Shown: positions 29,389 through 40,071, counted from the first letter of the stretch. The stretch is 42,929 bases of DNA from Ignisphaera sp. (GCA_038821645.1 JAWBDT010000017.1:1-42929), one strand, 5' to 3'. Numbers and translations: made by a program. The notes: generated by a model not told the origin, from the letters alone.

Positions 29389-31087
29389 GTATGATCATCT
29401 CTCTAAGACTTCCTCCAGGAGGTAGTGTAGGTATGGCTAGTTCATCTTCAGGTATAGGTACTCTTATAACAGTAGCTACATTCTCCTTAATTGCAGTTTT
29501 AACAGATGTAGCGATATCTTCATAGCTTTGGACATCGAATCCTAAAGCTCCAAAAGCTTCTGCTAACTTTATATAATCAGTTCTATAGCCTAGCTCTACA
29601 GATATTATTCTGCCGCCAAAGAATAGATCTTGAACTTGACGAACGAGACCTAGATTTCTATTATCGAATACAACAACTATTACAGGAATATTTTCTTCAA
29701 CAGCAACAGGAAGATTGTTTGCTGTCATAAGAAATGAACCGTCACCATCTAGATCAACAACCACATTCTGAGGTCTAGCAAGTTTAGCACCTATTGCTGC
29801 AGGGAATCCAAAACCCATGGTGCCCATGCCTCCAGAAGAGATAAATGTTCTAGGTTTAAGTACATCCCAGAATACTCCAGCCCACATCTGGTGCTGACCT
29901 ACACCCGTTGTCACAATAGTGTCTCGTGGAAGAACATCTCTAATCGTCTTAAGCACTCTCCAAGGCTTCAAGCCTTTACCATTATCTTCATAGTATATTC
30001 TAGTATAGTAGTCTTTAAGCTCCTTGATACGTCTAATCCATTCGGTTCTATCATACTTTTTAGCTACTGTTGTTAGTGCTGATATCAGTTTCTTCAACAC
30101 TATTTTGGCATCACCTACTAAACCTACATCAATTTTTATGTTCTGTCTCTCTATTTCTGTTGGATCTATGTTGATCATAATTATCTTCTTGTTCGAATCT
30201 TTGATATCGTTATAGTTAGTTATCGTTCTATCACTTAATCTAGCACCAACAACAAGAACTACATCAGATTCTAAGAAAGCTTGATTAGCCTCGGCTCGCC
30301 CATAGTATCCCATCATACCTAAGTAGAGTGGATAGTCATGGGGTATAGCAGCTTTACCGAGAAATGTGGATACTATTGGTGCAACAAGAATATCTGATAA
30401 GGTTATGACCTCTTCTGTAGCGTTGCTCCAAACAACTCCTGCTCCAACAAGAATCAATGGTTTTTCAGCATTAATCAATAGCTCTATAGTCTTCTTGATA
30501 GCTATTTGATCTATCTTTAATGGAAATTCTCTATATCCCCTAATACTTCGTGTATCAAAGTTTTTTACACCATTGTCTATGTTTTGAGTCCAAATATCTC
30601 TAGGTACATCGATTACGACAGGACCAGGTCTACCTGTTAAAGATATATAGAAAGCATTTCTAATCCATATAGGTATTTCATCTGCGCTATTTAACCTAAT
30701 TGCAAACTTAGAGATATTCTGTACAACACCTATTATGTCTGCTTCTTGAAAAGCCATTTTACCCATTGATGATAATGGCACTTGACCTGTTATAGCTATT
30801 ATGGGGGAACTATCCCAATAAGCTGTAGCTATACCTGTTACAAGGTTAAGTGCTCCAGGTCCTGAGGTAGCGGTACATACTCCAGGAAAACCTGAAGCTC
30901 TTGCATATCCATCAGCTGCATGAGCAGCACCTTGCTCATGCCTCATTAAGATGTTCCTTATGTATCCATCTTTAACATAGTCGTATAAGATATCATAGAA
31001 CTTCATGTTCGATAGACCTGGTATACCGAATATGACTTTAACACCTTCTCTGATAAGGGATTCTGCCATAAGCTTAGCGCCTATCAT
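29366..31087 (-). CDS. ilvB: Acetolactate synthase large subunit
   Basis: RHEQGAAHAADGYAR, TSGPGALN, GQHQMW, SGGMGTMGFG, TPP-binding GDGSF. Confidence 0.96.
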
Positions 31088-31182
31088 TAGAATCCTCCTC
31101 CAGATTTGACATATAGCTTATTGATACGGTTCTCTACATCAATCTCGCCATCCATTATTGTGTTGTGTTCGCTAACTGACAT
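31087..31182 (-). CDS. 31-aa upstream ORF coupled to ilvB
   Basis: MSVSEHNTIMDGEIDVENRINKLYVKSGGGF. Its start and stop both lie in TAATG overlaps. Confidence 0.4.
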   Translation of the reverse strand: MSVSEHNTIMDGEIDVENRINKLYVKSGGGF

Positions 31183-31223
31183 TAACAGACTTGGAGTTCC
31201 ATCGACCTCACCACACAAACCAT
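31182..31223 (-). CDS. 13-aa Val-rich putative leader peptide
   Basis: MVCVVRSMELQVC. ATG lies about 30 nt from the TATA 5' end (leaderless position) and the stop overlaps the next ATG. Confidence 0.4.
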   Translation of the reverse strand: MVCVVRSMELQVC

Positions 31224-31242
31224 GTTTACCCCTTGTTGTAGC

Positions 31243-31258
31243 GAGTTTTTAAACTTTT
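31243..31258 (-). promoter_or_regulatory. BRE/TATA promoter of the ilvB-ilvH-ilvC unit
   Basis: Minus strand AAAAG-TTTAAAAA-CTC. The 14-mer AAGTTTAAAAACTC is identical to the one in the his promoter. Confidence 0.6.
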
Positions 31259-31387
31259 CTTCTAAAGCATTTACTAACAATTACAATTTAAACATATTTA
31301 TATCTGTTTATATATTGTGGACTGTAGATATTATCTTAACGTGTTAATGAATACTTATATACCTCTAAAAATGATGTGTTGTAGGGG

Positions 31388-32557
31388 ATGTCTATTGCTT
31401 ATCCCCTGGAAATAGGTAGAAAAAACCTAGACAAATATGTTAGATTACTTGATACTACGTTAAGAGACGGAGAACAAATGCCAGGAGTTGATTTAAGTGC
31501 TGAGCAAAAGCTAGAAATAGCATTGTTGTTGGATGAACTAGGTGTAGACTCTATAGAGGCAGGATTCCCCATAACGAGTCAAGGCGAGTTTGAAGCTGTT
31601 AAACTTATAGCTAAGAATGTTAGTCGTGCAGAAGTTGTTGCATTAGCTAGAGCAGTAAAAGCTGATATAGATAGAGCTCTAGATGCTGATGTAGATGCTA
31701 TTCATACCTTTATAGCTACATCAGATTTGCATATGAAATACAAGCTCAAAATGACGCGTGAGCAAGTTTTAGAGAAAGCTGTTCAGGCAGTTGAGTATGC
31801 AAAAGCTCACGGTGTTGTTATTGAATTTAGTGCTGAAGATGCTACAAGATCTGAACCAAGGTTTCTGGTTGAAGTGTTTCAAGCTGTTGTTAATGCTGGT
31901 GCGAGTAGAATAGATATAGCTGATACAGTTGGTGTTGCATATCCAAGCTATATCTCAAGCTTGGTATCATATGTCAAGAGTAATGTTAGAGGTAACTATA
32001 TAGTTAGTGTTCATTGTCATAATGATTTTGGTATGGCTGTAGCAAATAGTATATCAGCTATCGAGGCAGGTGCAGAACAAGTGCATGTAACGATTGTCGG
32101 TGTAGGTGAAAGAGCAGGTAATGCTGCTCTAGAAGAAGTAGCTTCTGCATCAAAATTCCTCCTAGGCTGTAGAGTTGGCATTAATTTCGAGAAGATACGT
32201 AAAGTGGTTGATACAGTAGTGAAGTATTTCGGAATATCTATACCACCCAATAAAGCTATAGTTGGTCGTAATGCATTTGCACATGAATCGGGAATACATG
32301 TTCATGGAGTTCTTAGCCATCCGCTAACCTATGAACCTATAGATCCGGCTATTGTGGGAGCTGAAAGACTTATAGTTATAGGGAAACATAGTGGTAGACA
32401 TGCTGTTGAATATGTATTGAAACAAATGGGTATAGAACCAAGAGAAGAAGTGGTTATGGAGGTCCTAAAGATGGTTAAAGAACTTGGAGACAAGGGTATT
32501 AAAATCGATAAATATGTATTGGACGATGTGATTAGAAAAGTTGTGGGGAGGACATGA
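31388..32557 (+). CDS. leuA: 2-isopropylmalate synthase (short form, no C-terminal regulatory domain)
   Basis: DTTLRDGEQ, IEAGFP, EDATR, HCHND, GERAGN, FAHESGIH. Overlaps leuB by ATGA. Confidence 0.88.
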   Translation: MSIAYPLEIGRKNLDKYVRLLDTTLRDGEQMPGVDLSAEQKLEIALLLDELGVDSIEAGFPITSQGEFEAVKLIAKNVSRAEVVALARAVKADIDRALDADVDAIHTFIATSDLHMKYKLKMTREQVLEKAVQAVEYAKAHGVVIEFSAEDATRSEPRFLVEVFQAVVNAGASRIDIADTVGVAYPSYISSLVSYVKSNVRGNYIVSVHCHNDFGMAVANSISAIEAGAEQVHVTIVGVGERAGNAALEEVASASKFLLGCRVGINFEKIRKVVDTVVKYFGISIPPNKAIVGRNAFAHESGIHVHGVLSHPLTYEPIDPAIVGAERLIVIGKHSGRHAVEYVLKQMGIEPREEVVMEVLKMVKELGDKGIKIDKYVLDDVIRKVVGRT

Positions 32558-33576
32558 AGATCTTCAATATAGCTGTTGTAGAAGGAGACGGTATAGGACC
32601 CGAGATAGTCTCATCAGCTCTTAAAGTACTAGAGAAAGTTGTTAGACTCTATGGACTACAAATTGATGTTACAAAAGTTTATGGCGGAGATACAGCAGTT
32701 AAAATGTTTGGTGAGGCTCTTCCAGAAGATTCGTGGAATATCATAAAGAAAAGTGATGCAATACTTAAGGGTCCTGTAGGTGAAAGTGCAGGAGATGTTG
32801 TAGTGAAAATCAGAAGAGGTCTAGATCTGTATGCTAATATCAGACCAGCTAAAGCTTTGCCAGGTGTTAATTCGCTGAGAAAAGATATAGATTTGGTAAT
32901 AGTTAGAGAAAATACTGAAGATGTGTATGTGAGAGCTGAACATATGGTTACAGATGATGTAGCTATAGCTTTACGTGTAATAAGTAAAAGAGCAAGTGAA
33001 AGAATAGCTAAAATGGCCTTTGATTTAGCATTAAAGAGAAGGAAGAAGGTTACAGTGGTTCATAAAGCTAATGTTCTAACAGTTAGTGATGGTTTATTTA
33101 GATCATGTGTGTATAGAGTAGCTCAGAACTACAGGGATGTGGTAGTAGATGAAATGTATATTGATGCAGCAGTTATGGATATTGTTAGAAGACCTGAAAG
33201 ATTTGATGTAATTGTGACCACAAATCTATTTGGTGATATACTTAGTGATCTAGCAGCTTATGTTTCTGGAAGCATAGGTTTAGCAGCATCAGCAAACATA
33301 GGTGACGAAAAAGCAATGTTTGAGCCTATACATGGGGCAGCATTTGATATCGCTGGCAAAGGTATAGCTAATCCTACAGCAATGATATTTTGTGTCTCGT
33401 GGATGCTTAAATGGTTAGGTGAGAAACATAATATAGATTCATACATTAAGGCATCTGAATCAATAAATAGAGCTATTCTAGAGGTCCTCAAGGAAGGTAC
33501 GAAACTAACGCCAGATCTTGGTGGAAACAGTAAAACAGTTGAGTTTACTGAAGCTGTACTTGAAAAAATCAGCTAG
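32554..33576 (+). CDS. leuB: 3-isopropylmalate dehydrogenase
   Basis: GDGIGPE, LYANIRP, RENTE, HKANV, NLFGDILSDL, FEPIHG. Confidence 0.92.
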   Translation: MKIFNIAVVEGDGIGPEIVSSALKVLEKVVRLYGLQIDVTKVYGGDTAVKMFGEALPEDSWNIIKKSDAILKGPVGESAGDVVVKIRRGLDLYANIRPAKALPGVNSLRKDIDLVIVRENTEDVYVRAEHMVTDDVAIALRVISKRASERIAKMAFDLALKRRKKVTVVHKANVLTVSDGLFRSCVYRVAQNYRDVVVDEMYIDAAVMDIVRRPERFDVIVTTNLFGDILSDLAAYVSGSIGLAASANIGDEKAMFEPIHGAAFDIAGKGIANPTAMIFCVSWMLKWLGEKHNIDSYIKASESINRAILEVLKEGTKLTPDLGGNSKTVEFTEAVLEKIS

Positions 33577-33952
33577 GTTCTGTAACAACATCCGCTATAT
33601 TTCTATAGAAACAAGTCCTATTACCCGTATGACATATAGGTCCTAGAGATCTAACCAGGACTACAATAGCATCTTTATCACAATCAACTTTAATATCTAC
33701 AACAATTTGATAGTTGCCGCTAGTTTCACCTTTAAGCCAGATTTTATTACGTGATATAGACCATAAATGTAGATAACCTGTAGTTAACGTCTTTATAAGA
33801 GCTTCTCTATTCATATGACCAACCATAAGTACATCCTTTGTATCAATATCTTGTACAACAGCTATAACGGTATTTTGTTCATATCTAAATCTCAGTTTAT
33901 TTACAATCTCTTCAGCTCTTTCTCTACTGAATATAACTATCTCTTTATCCAT
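33569..33952 (-). CDS. hisI: Phosphoribosyl-AMP cyclohydrolase
   Basis: SRxxIWLKGETSGN, DCDKD, CHTGNRTCF. Confidence 0.95.
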   Translation of the reverse strand: MDKEIVIFSRERAEEIVNKLRFRYEQNTVIAVVQDIDTKDVLMVGHMNREALIKTLTTGYLHLWSISRNKIWLKGETSGNYQIVVDIKVDCDKDAIVVLVRSLGPICHTGNRTCFYRNIADVVTEPS

Positions 33953-34542
33953 TGAGCAATAGCCTCAAGAAGTTGCTTACCTGTAGAACCGCTTTTTTCT
34001 GGATGGAATTGAGTTCCAAATATATTTCTATAGGCTATAGCTGCTGGAAAAAGCATATCGTAATGACTTAGCATGCATATGGAATCGAGGTGTCTAGGAT
34101 AAACAACATAACTGTGGACGAAATATACATACTTACCATTAAGTTCTGCAAATACTTTGCATTTCTCGTTTCTGTTGAAGAGGTATACTTTATCCCAACC
34201 TATATGGGGGAGTTTTCTACTGGTTATAATCCTTTCTACATATCCCTCCAGGATACCTAACCCTTTTGAGTATCCATATTCTGTACTGTATTCAAATAGT
34301 ATCTGCATACCTAAACATATACCAAGTACTGCAGAAATTTTATTAATCACATCTTTAAGTAAATCACCTTTCTTTTCTATATAAGGTCCAAGAGCCTTAA
34401 ACGAACCTACACCTGGTAGGACTAGAAGATCATAATCGTATTCAAGATCGCTAGATATACGTACATCAAAGCCTACACGTTTTAATGCTGATGATATGCT
34501 GAAAAGATTGCCTACACCATAATTAAGTACTAGAGCCTTCAT
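33937..34542 (-). CDS. hisH: Imidazole glycerol phosphate synthase, glutaminase subunit
   Basis: YGVGNL, LPGVG, GICLGMQ, PHIGW, YFVHSY, QFHPEKS. Confidence 0.96.
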   Translation of the reverse strand: MKALVLNYGVGNLFSISSALKRVGFDVRISSDLEYDYDLLVLPGVGSFKALGPYIEKKGDLLKDVINKISAVLGICLGMQILFEYSTEYGYSKGLGILEGYVERIITSRKLPHIGWDKVYLFNRNEKCKVFAELNGKYVYFVHSYVVYPRHLDSICMLSHYDMLFPAAIAYRNIFGTQFHPEKSGSTGKQLLEAIAQWIKR

Positions 34543-34820
34543 TTACGTCTCCTCAACAACTCTTTAGCAATATCTTCTGGTGTAATGTTCTTGAGCACCA
34601 TCAATACCAAGAGATGATATAGAAGATCAGCTACCTCACTTATGAATCTTTCTCTAGATTCTGTTAGAGCAGCTACTATCACTTCTATAGATTCTTCACC
34701 AAACTTTCTAGCAACATACTCAATACCTTTACTTACTAGCTGAACCGTGTAACTGTTTGTAGGCTTCTTTTCTATTCTGTCAACTATAATACTGTAAAGT
34801 TCAGCTAGAACTAGATCCAA
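34539..34820 (-). CDS. hisE: Phosphoribosyl-ATP pyrophosphatase
   Basis: SYT, KFGEE, EVADLLYH. Confidence 0.95.
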   Translation of the reverse strand: MDLVLAELYSIIVDRIEKKPTNSYTVQLVSKGIEYVARKFGEESIEVIVAALTESRERFISEVADLLYHLLVLMVLKNITPEDIAKELLRRRK

Positions 34821-36015
34821 ATCTTACACCTATGCTCATACCATGTATTTTAAACCCTTCATATTCAGCTAGTTGTAGAACAGCTTGAATAACCTCTCTC
34901 TTTATGGATGAACTATCGAGTATTATTGATAAAGGTTTGAGAAAGTCGTAGACGCTTAATGCACCCCTAGATGTAGCCCATCTATTTGTTGGAAGTATAT
35001 GGTTAGGACCTATATAATCTATTAGTGCTGGAGGTTCTTTTCCCAAAGATATGGCACCCACATTACTTATATAGTTCAAGTATTTTTGTGGTTGAGCTAC
35101 ATGAAGCGATAGATGTTCAGGCGCAATAGTATTGACTATATCTACAGCTTCATCAATACTACTAACTTCAACAATGTAATAGTCATGATCTTTATCTTGC
35201 TCTAGGATTTTACCTACTTCTTGTATAAGCTTTTTTGAATTAGATATCAATACTATAAATGTTCCTTGACCATGTTCAGCTTGCGCCATCATGTCAATTG
35301 AAATCATCTCTGGATCAGCCGATTCATCAGCCACAACAACAAGTTCTGTGGGCCCTTCTACACCATCAATAGCTACAGCATCTTGTACAAGAAATTTTGC
35401 TGCTTGGACATATATGTTTCCAGGACCCACAATTTTGTTAACCTTCTTAACAGATTCAGTTCCATAGGCAAGTGCCGCTATAGCTTGTGCACCACCCACC
35501 CTATACACTTCATCTACCTCTAGCTTTAGAGCTACGTAAGCTACAGCTGGATTGATACAGCCATCAGGCATAGGTGGAGAGGTTACATATATCTTTTTAA
35601 CTTTTGCAACTTTAGCTGGGATTCCAGCCATTAATAATGATGAGGGATACGATTTTCTTCCTCCTGGTACATATATACCTACATTATCAATGCTTCTCCA
35701 AACATATCCTAATCTAATACCTTCAATTTCTATTACAACATCTTTAGGTAGATGGAGCTCATGAATTTTGAATAGAATATCGTAGACCACGTCTATAGAT
35801 TTCTTGAGGCTGGACTCAAGATCTTTACAGCATTTCAATAAGTATTGTCTGTCTATTGCAATAGTATCTATATCCACACCATCGAATTTCTTTGTCAATT
35901 CCTTTAAAGCTCTATCACCATATTTTCTAACGTATTCTATAATATTCTTAACGTTATCTAAAACTTTTTCAAGTTCTAAAGGTCTTACAGTTGGAATACG
36001 ATAATATATAGTCAT
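34801..36015 (-). CDS. hisD: Histidinol dehydrogenase
   Basis: [40 protein letters not shown]. Confidence 0.96.
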   Translation of the reverse strand: MTIYYRIPTVRPLELEKVLDNVKNIIEYVRKYGDRALKELTKKFDGVDIDTIAIDRQYLLKCCKDLESSLKKSIDVVYDILFKIHELHLPKDVVIEIEGIRLGYVWRSIDNVGIYVPGGRKSYPSSLLMAGIPAKVAKVKKIYVTSPPMPDGCINPAVAYVALKLEVDEVYRVGGAQAIAALAYGTESVKKVNKIVGPGNIYVQAAKFLVQDAVAIDGVEGPTELVVVADESADPEMISIDMMAQAEHGQGTFIVLISNSKKLIQEVGKILEQDKDHDYYIVEVSSIDEAVDIVNTIAPEHLSLHVAQPQKYLNYISNVGAISLGKEPPALIDYIGPNHILPTNRWATSRGALSVYDFLKPLSIILDSSSIKREVIQAVLQLAEYEGFKIHGMSIGVRFGSSSS

Positions 36016-36767
36016 AATCTGACCTCGATACCTTTAGACTTGAGGTATAGTTTTAGCTCCATTATACTCACAATACCATCATGAAATATACCAGCAGCTA
36101 ATGCGGCATCGGCATAACCTTGTACAAAAACCTCGTAAAAATGCTCCATACTCCCAGCTCCACCACTAGCTATAACTGGTAATCTAACAGCACATGCTAT
36201 ACTTTTAGTTAGCTCTACATCATATCCAAGTCTAGTCCCATCTCTGTCTATACTGGTCAACAGTATTTCGCCTGCTCCTAAGGCTTCAACAGTTTTAGCC
36301 CATTCTACAGCATCTAAGTTTGTGTTGTATGTGCCTGAGTATGTATATACAAGGTATTTATTGCCACTCTTCTTAGCGTCTATAGCTACAACAATACACT
36401 GTGAACCGAATTCTTCAGCACTTCTCGAAATTATTTCTGGATTATTTACTGCAGCCGTATTTATGCTTACTTTATCTGCTCCATATGATAGAACGTCAGC
36501 TATATCATTTAAATCTCTTATACCTCCTCCAACAGTCAAAGGTATTGATAACACACTTGCAGTATCTTTAACAACATTGAGTAAGGTCTTTCTATTCTCT
36601 ATACTTGCAGTTATATCGAGAAACACTATCTCATCTGCACCTTCTTCTTCATATCTAGCAGCAAGCTCTACTGGGTCACCTTTATCTTTTAGGTTCTGGA
36701 ACTTTACACCCTTGACTACCCTCCCATTCTTTACATCTAGACAGGGAATTATTCTCTTAACAGTCAT
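36012..36767 (-). CDS. hisF: Imidazole glycerol phosphate synthase, cyclase subunit
   Basis: [42 protein letters not shown]. Confidence 0.97.
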   Translation of the reverse strand: MTVKRIIPCLDVKNGRVVKGVKFQNLKDKGDPVELAARYEEEGADEIVFLDITASIENRKTLLNVVKDTASVLSIPLTVGGGIRDLNDIADVLSYGADKVSINTAAVNNPEIISRSAEEFGSQCIVVAIDAKKSGNKYLVYTYSGTYNTNLDAVEWAKTVEALGAGEILLTSIDRDGTRLGYDVELTKSIACAVRLPVIASGGAGSMEHFYEVFVQGYADAALAAGIFHDGIVSIMELKLYLKSKGIEVRL

Positions 36768-37345
36768 ATTACTCCCTTTGTACTCTTGATACCGCTACCA
36801 ATGATTCGTGTAGCATCGTGTAGAGCTAGACCTAATCCCTTAAACACAGCTTCTATAATATGGTGTGTATTGTGACCTTTAATTTTTAGAACATGAATAG
36901 TTATCTTTGATCTGGTAGCTAATGTATCTATGAAGTGATTAACATTTTCAGTACTCATTCCACCTATAACTACCTTCTCTAGATCTAGATCTATATAACT
37001 ACCACCTCTTCCAGATACATCAACTGCTACAAGAACTAATGCATCATCCATTGGTACAATAACATGCGAATATCTCTTTATACCTGATTTATCTTCTATA
37101 CATTTGGCCAAAGCTTCACCTATAGCTATAGCTGTATCTTCCACAACGTGATGGTCATCGTAAGGCTTCTTGTCAACGGTTTTAATGGTTGCAGAGGAAT
37201 TCATGTGTTTGAATAATGTTTCAAGCATATGGTTTAGAAACGGTATAGGTGTATCAATCCTGATCTCTCCCTCTGAGTCTATATCTATATAGACTTCTGT
37301 AAAAGTTTCTAGTGTATCTCTTGAATATCTGCACTGCCTAGACAT
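36764..37345 (-). CDS. hisB: Imidazoleglycerol-phosphate dehydratase
   Basis: [31 protein letters not shown]. Confidence 0.96.
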   Translation of the reverse strand: MSRQCRYSRDTLETFTEVYIDIDSEGEIRIDTPIPFLNHMLETLFKHMNSSATIKTVDKKPYDDHHVVEDTAIAIGEALAKCIEDKSGIKRYSHVIVPMDDALVLVAVDVSGRGGSYIDLDLEKVVIGGMSTENVNHFIDTLATRSKITIHVLKIKGHNTHHIIEAVFKGLGLALHDATRIIGSGIKSTKGVI

Positions 37346-38036
37346 TTTTTACACCCTTAAGAAAGCCTCTGAAGAGAGCCATACCGACTATAGCGTAATC
37401 AAAACCCATGGAGTTTAGCAACAATAAGTCTTCATATCTCGAGATACCTCCAGCATATTCTTTCAGTCCTTTAACCTTTGGTATAAATCTAGCTATGCTA
37501 TTATCTATTCCACTCATAGTTCCTTCAGTATCTATATAAGTGAACATTACACCTAGTAAAGGGTATTGCGAAGCAATTTCTATTGCTTTCTCAATTTCTA
37601 TTGCTTTCTCGTTCCATCCAGAGACATATACATATCCATCAGATCTATAATCTAGTGCAAGAATGACTTTATCACCACCAACATCGTTAATTATATGATT
37701 AAACTCACTTCTATTTCTAAAGAATAACGAAGATATTACAACAGCTGAAGCACCATATCCAAGAACTCTATAAACTTTAGTTAAACTCCTTATGCCACCC
37801 CCAACCTGAATCCAACTGAATCCTATAGACGATATATCGCTTATTAAATGACTATTATCACCCACCCCTTCTGCTGCATCTAGATCTACTACATGTATTG
37901 CTTCATATCCATTACTATACAGTTCTTCAGCAACCTTAATAGGGTCACCAATAACTATACCAGTACCTCTAACGCCTTTAACACGTTTCACAGCCTTGCC
38001 ATCACTTATATCTATGCTGGGCATAACCTTAATCAA
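37338..38036 (-). CDS. hisA: ProFAR isomerase
   Basis: PSIDIxxGKAVK, HVVDLD, QVGGGIR, EGTMSG, AGGI. Confidence 0.93.
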   Translation of the reverse strand: MIKVMPSIDISDGKAVKRVKGVRGTGIVIGDPIKVAEELYSNGYEAIHVVDLDAAEGVGDNSHLISDISSIGFSWIQVGGGIRSLTKVYRVLGYGASAVVISSLFFRNRSEFNHIINDVGGDKVILALDYRSDGYVYVSGWNEKAIEIEKAIEIASQYPLLGVMFTYIDTEGTMSGIDNSIARFIPKVKGLKEYAGGISRYEDLLLLNSMGFDYAIVGMALFRGFLKGVKNV

Positions 38037-38893
38037 GATATCACCTTTTCGATATCTAGTACAACTATATCTCTAGCTCCTTTAGATATAGCTTTAGTTA
38101 TCACAATAGGTATATCATCTTCATTAACTACTGTTATGACCTCCCAAGCATCAGCCTTACTTAATTTTGTTACAGCTGGAGCCAACATTGCTGGAAGAAC
38201 GCTAAGCACATCACTAAGTCTATCGTTAGGGACATTCATGAAGACCATCTTCTTTCCTTTGGCGTTTATAACTCCCTGGACAAGTGTTACAATAAGCTTT
38301 ATCATCTCAGCGTAACGACTTTTTTGCCAGTTCTTACCAGCAATAAGTGTTGCATATGTATGTAACACAGTATCTATAGGCTCTAGACCATGGATACGAA
38401 GCGTTGTACCACTACTAGCAACATCTATAACTGCATCAGCTGCACCTAGATATGGCATAACTTCTGCAGCTCCACTAACTCTCACTATTTTTGCCTTCAG
38501 ATTCTGTTCCCTAATATACCTAGAAGCAATATTGTAATACTTAGTTGCAATCCTTATACTTCTATCCCTAATCTGAGATACCTCTCGTACATTCCATCCA
38601 CTTGGTACAGCAAACACTATACTTGCTTCACCAAAATCGAGCTTCACCAACTCTTCAACATCTGCTTCAGACTCTACAACGTAGTCGTGACCTGTTATGC
38701 CTAGCTCAGCTCCTCCACTTTCAACAATATATGGTATATCTTCTGTTCTTACTGCTACAAGCTCTACATTACTCCAATTAGTTGGAATGACTAAAGCCCT
38801 CTCATCAAACACTTTAGGCTTTATTCCTATTGCTTGAAGAAGTTTTAGTGATGGTTCTTGAAGTCTACCTTTATTAGGTATCGCTATCTTCAT
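38033..38893 (-). CDS. hisG: ATP phosphoribosyltransferase (long form)
   Basis: IAIPNKGRL, GITGxD, IATKY, GAAE..P, DVASSGTTL and C-terminal regulatory domain. Confidence 0.96.
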   Translation of the reverse strand: MKIAIPNKGRLQEPSLKLLQAIGIKPKVFDERALVIPTNWSNVELVAVRTEDIPYIVESGGAELGITGHDYVVESEADVEELVKLDFGEASIVFAVPSGWNVREVSQIRDRSIRIATKYYNIASRYIREQNLKAKIVRVSGAAEVMPYLGAADAVIDVASSGTTLRIHGLEPIDTVLHTYATLIAGKNWQKSRYAEMIKLIVTLVQGVINAKGKKMVFMNVPNDRLSDVLSVLPAMLAPAVTKLSKADAWEVITVVNEDDIPIVITKAISKGARDIVVLDIEKVIS

Positions 38894-39915
38894 AACTCTC
38901 TACCTATAACATATAATATCTTGCTACATAGCTCTGGTGGCGGTATCGTTAGCCTATATAGATCTTCACCAACTTTCTTAATATATATACCATGTCTCTG
39001 CAAAATACTACTAAGATCTCTTCTATCTCTGATTAGTAGGAAATTCGTTAAAGATCTATAAACCTTCAGATTTAAGTTCTTAAATGTTTCATAGAGGTAG
39101 TTCCGCATCTCCTTTATACTATTCACCACCTTCTCCATATACCATCTATTTTCTAATGCGCTTATACCTGCTACAAGTGATGGAGTAGGTATATCGAAGG
39201 TTGTATGTATTGCTGATATCCTTTCTATAACATTTTTGTCTGCCACGATATAGCCAAGTCTAAAGCCGGCTAGACAGAAAGCTTTACTAAGGCTTCTAAC
39301 AACTATAATGTTTGGATACCGATCTATGTAGGGAACTACAGTATAACCTGCATATTCATGATATGCCTCATCGAACACAACATAACCATTAACATTCTTT
39401 GCTAAGGCTTCAACCACATCCTCTTTAGCATGCACCACAGGACCACCAGTAGGATTATTAGGATCAACTATTACAGCTAGATTTACATCTCTAGACTTCT
39501 CTATTAGAACATCTGTATCTACTCTCCACCAATCGCCATCTTCATAACTGTTAACAGTTACGCTTACTAATCCTCTTGCTTCTGCATATACCTTTATCAT
39601 AGCAAATGTTGGATCTATGTATAGAACCTTGTTACCTTGGTTAACTAAGGTATAGAAAATAGATCTTAAAGCACCATCGCCTCCAACAAATGGATAGACG
39701 TTGTCTTTATCAGTTTTGGTGTATTCAGCTAGAAGTTCTCTTAATCTATCAAAGAGGTTTTTATTTGGGTATAGATTACAGTTCTTTAGATATTTTGTGA
39801 CACTCTCTATCACAAAATCGGGTACATTGTATAAACATTCATTGAGATGCAACCTTATGGCTTCATTTGGAGGCTCTTCATATACATAACGGATTTGTAT
39901 TTGTGCAATAAACAT
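38890..39915 (-). CDS. hisC: Histidinol-phosphate aminotransferase
   Basis: RLHLNE, PNNPTG, DEAY, RSLSKAFCLAGFRLGY. Confidence 0.94.
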   Translation of the reverse strand: MFIAQIQIRYVYEEPPNEAIRLHLNECLYNVPDFVIESVTKYLKNCNLYPNKNLFDRLRELLAEYTKTDKDNVYPFVGGDGALRSIFYTLVNQGNKVLYIDPTFAMIKVYAEARGLVSVTVNSYEDGDWWRVDTDVLIEKSRDVNLAVIVDPNNPTGGPVVHAKEDVVEALAKNVNGYVVFDEAYHEYAGYTVVPYIDRYPNIIVVRSLSKAFCLAGFRLGYIVADKNVIERISAIHTTFDIPTPSLVAGISALENRWYMEKVVNSIKEMRNYLYETFKNLNLKVYRSLTNFLLIRDRRDLSSILQRHGIYIKKVGEDLYRLTIPPPELCSKILYVIGREL

Positions 39916-39938
39916 CCCCTTTCATCCAATCTTGTTTA

Positions 39939-39952
39939 GAGTTTTTAAACTT
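39939..39952 (-). promoter_or_regulatory. TATA promoter of the his operon
   Basis: Minus strand AAG-TTTAAAAA-CTC, about 30 nt upstream of the AGGGGATG start region. Confidence 0.6.
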
Positions 39953-40071
39953 AGTGTATTACATAGTTTATACAAAACTCATAGAACTAATGTGTCTATT
40001 TACATAGCAATCATTCATGAATATGTATAGCTTATTAACAAGTTCACACTACATTACTAGGTAGGTGCTAG

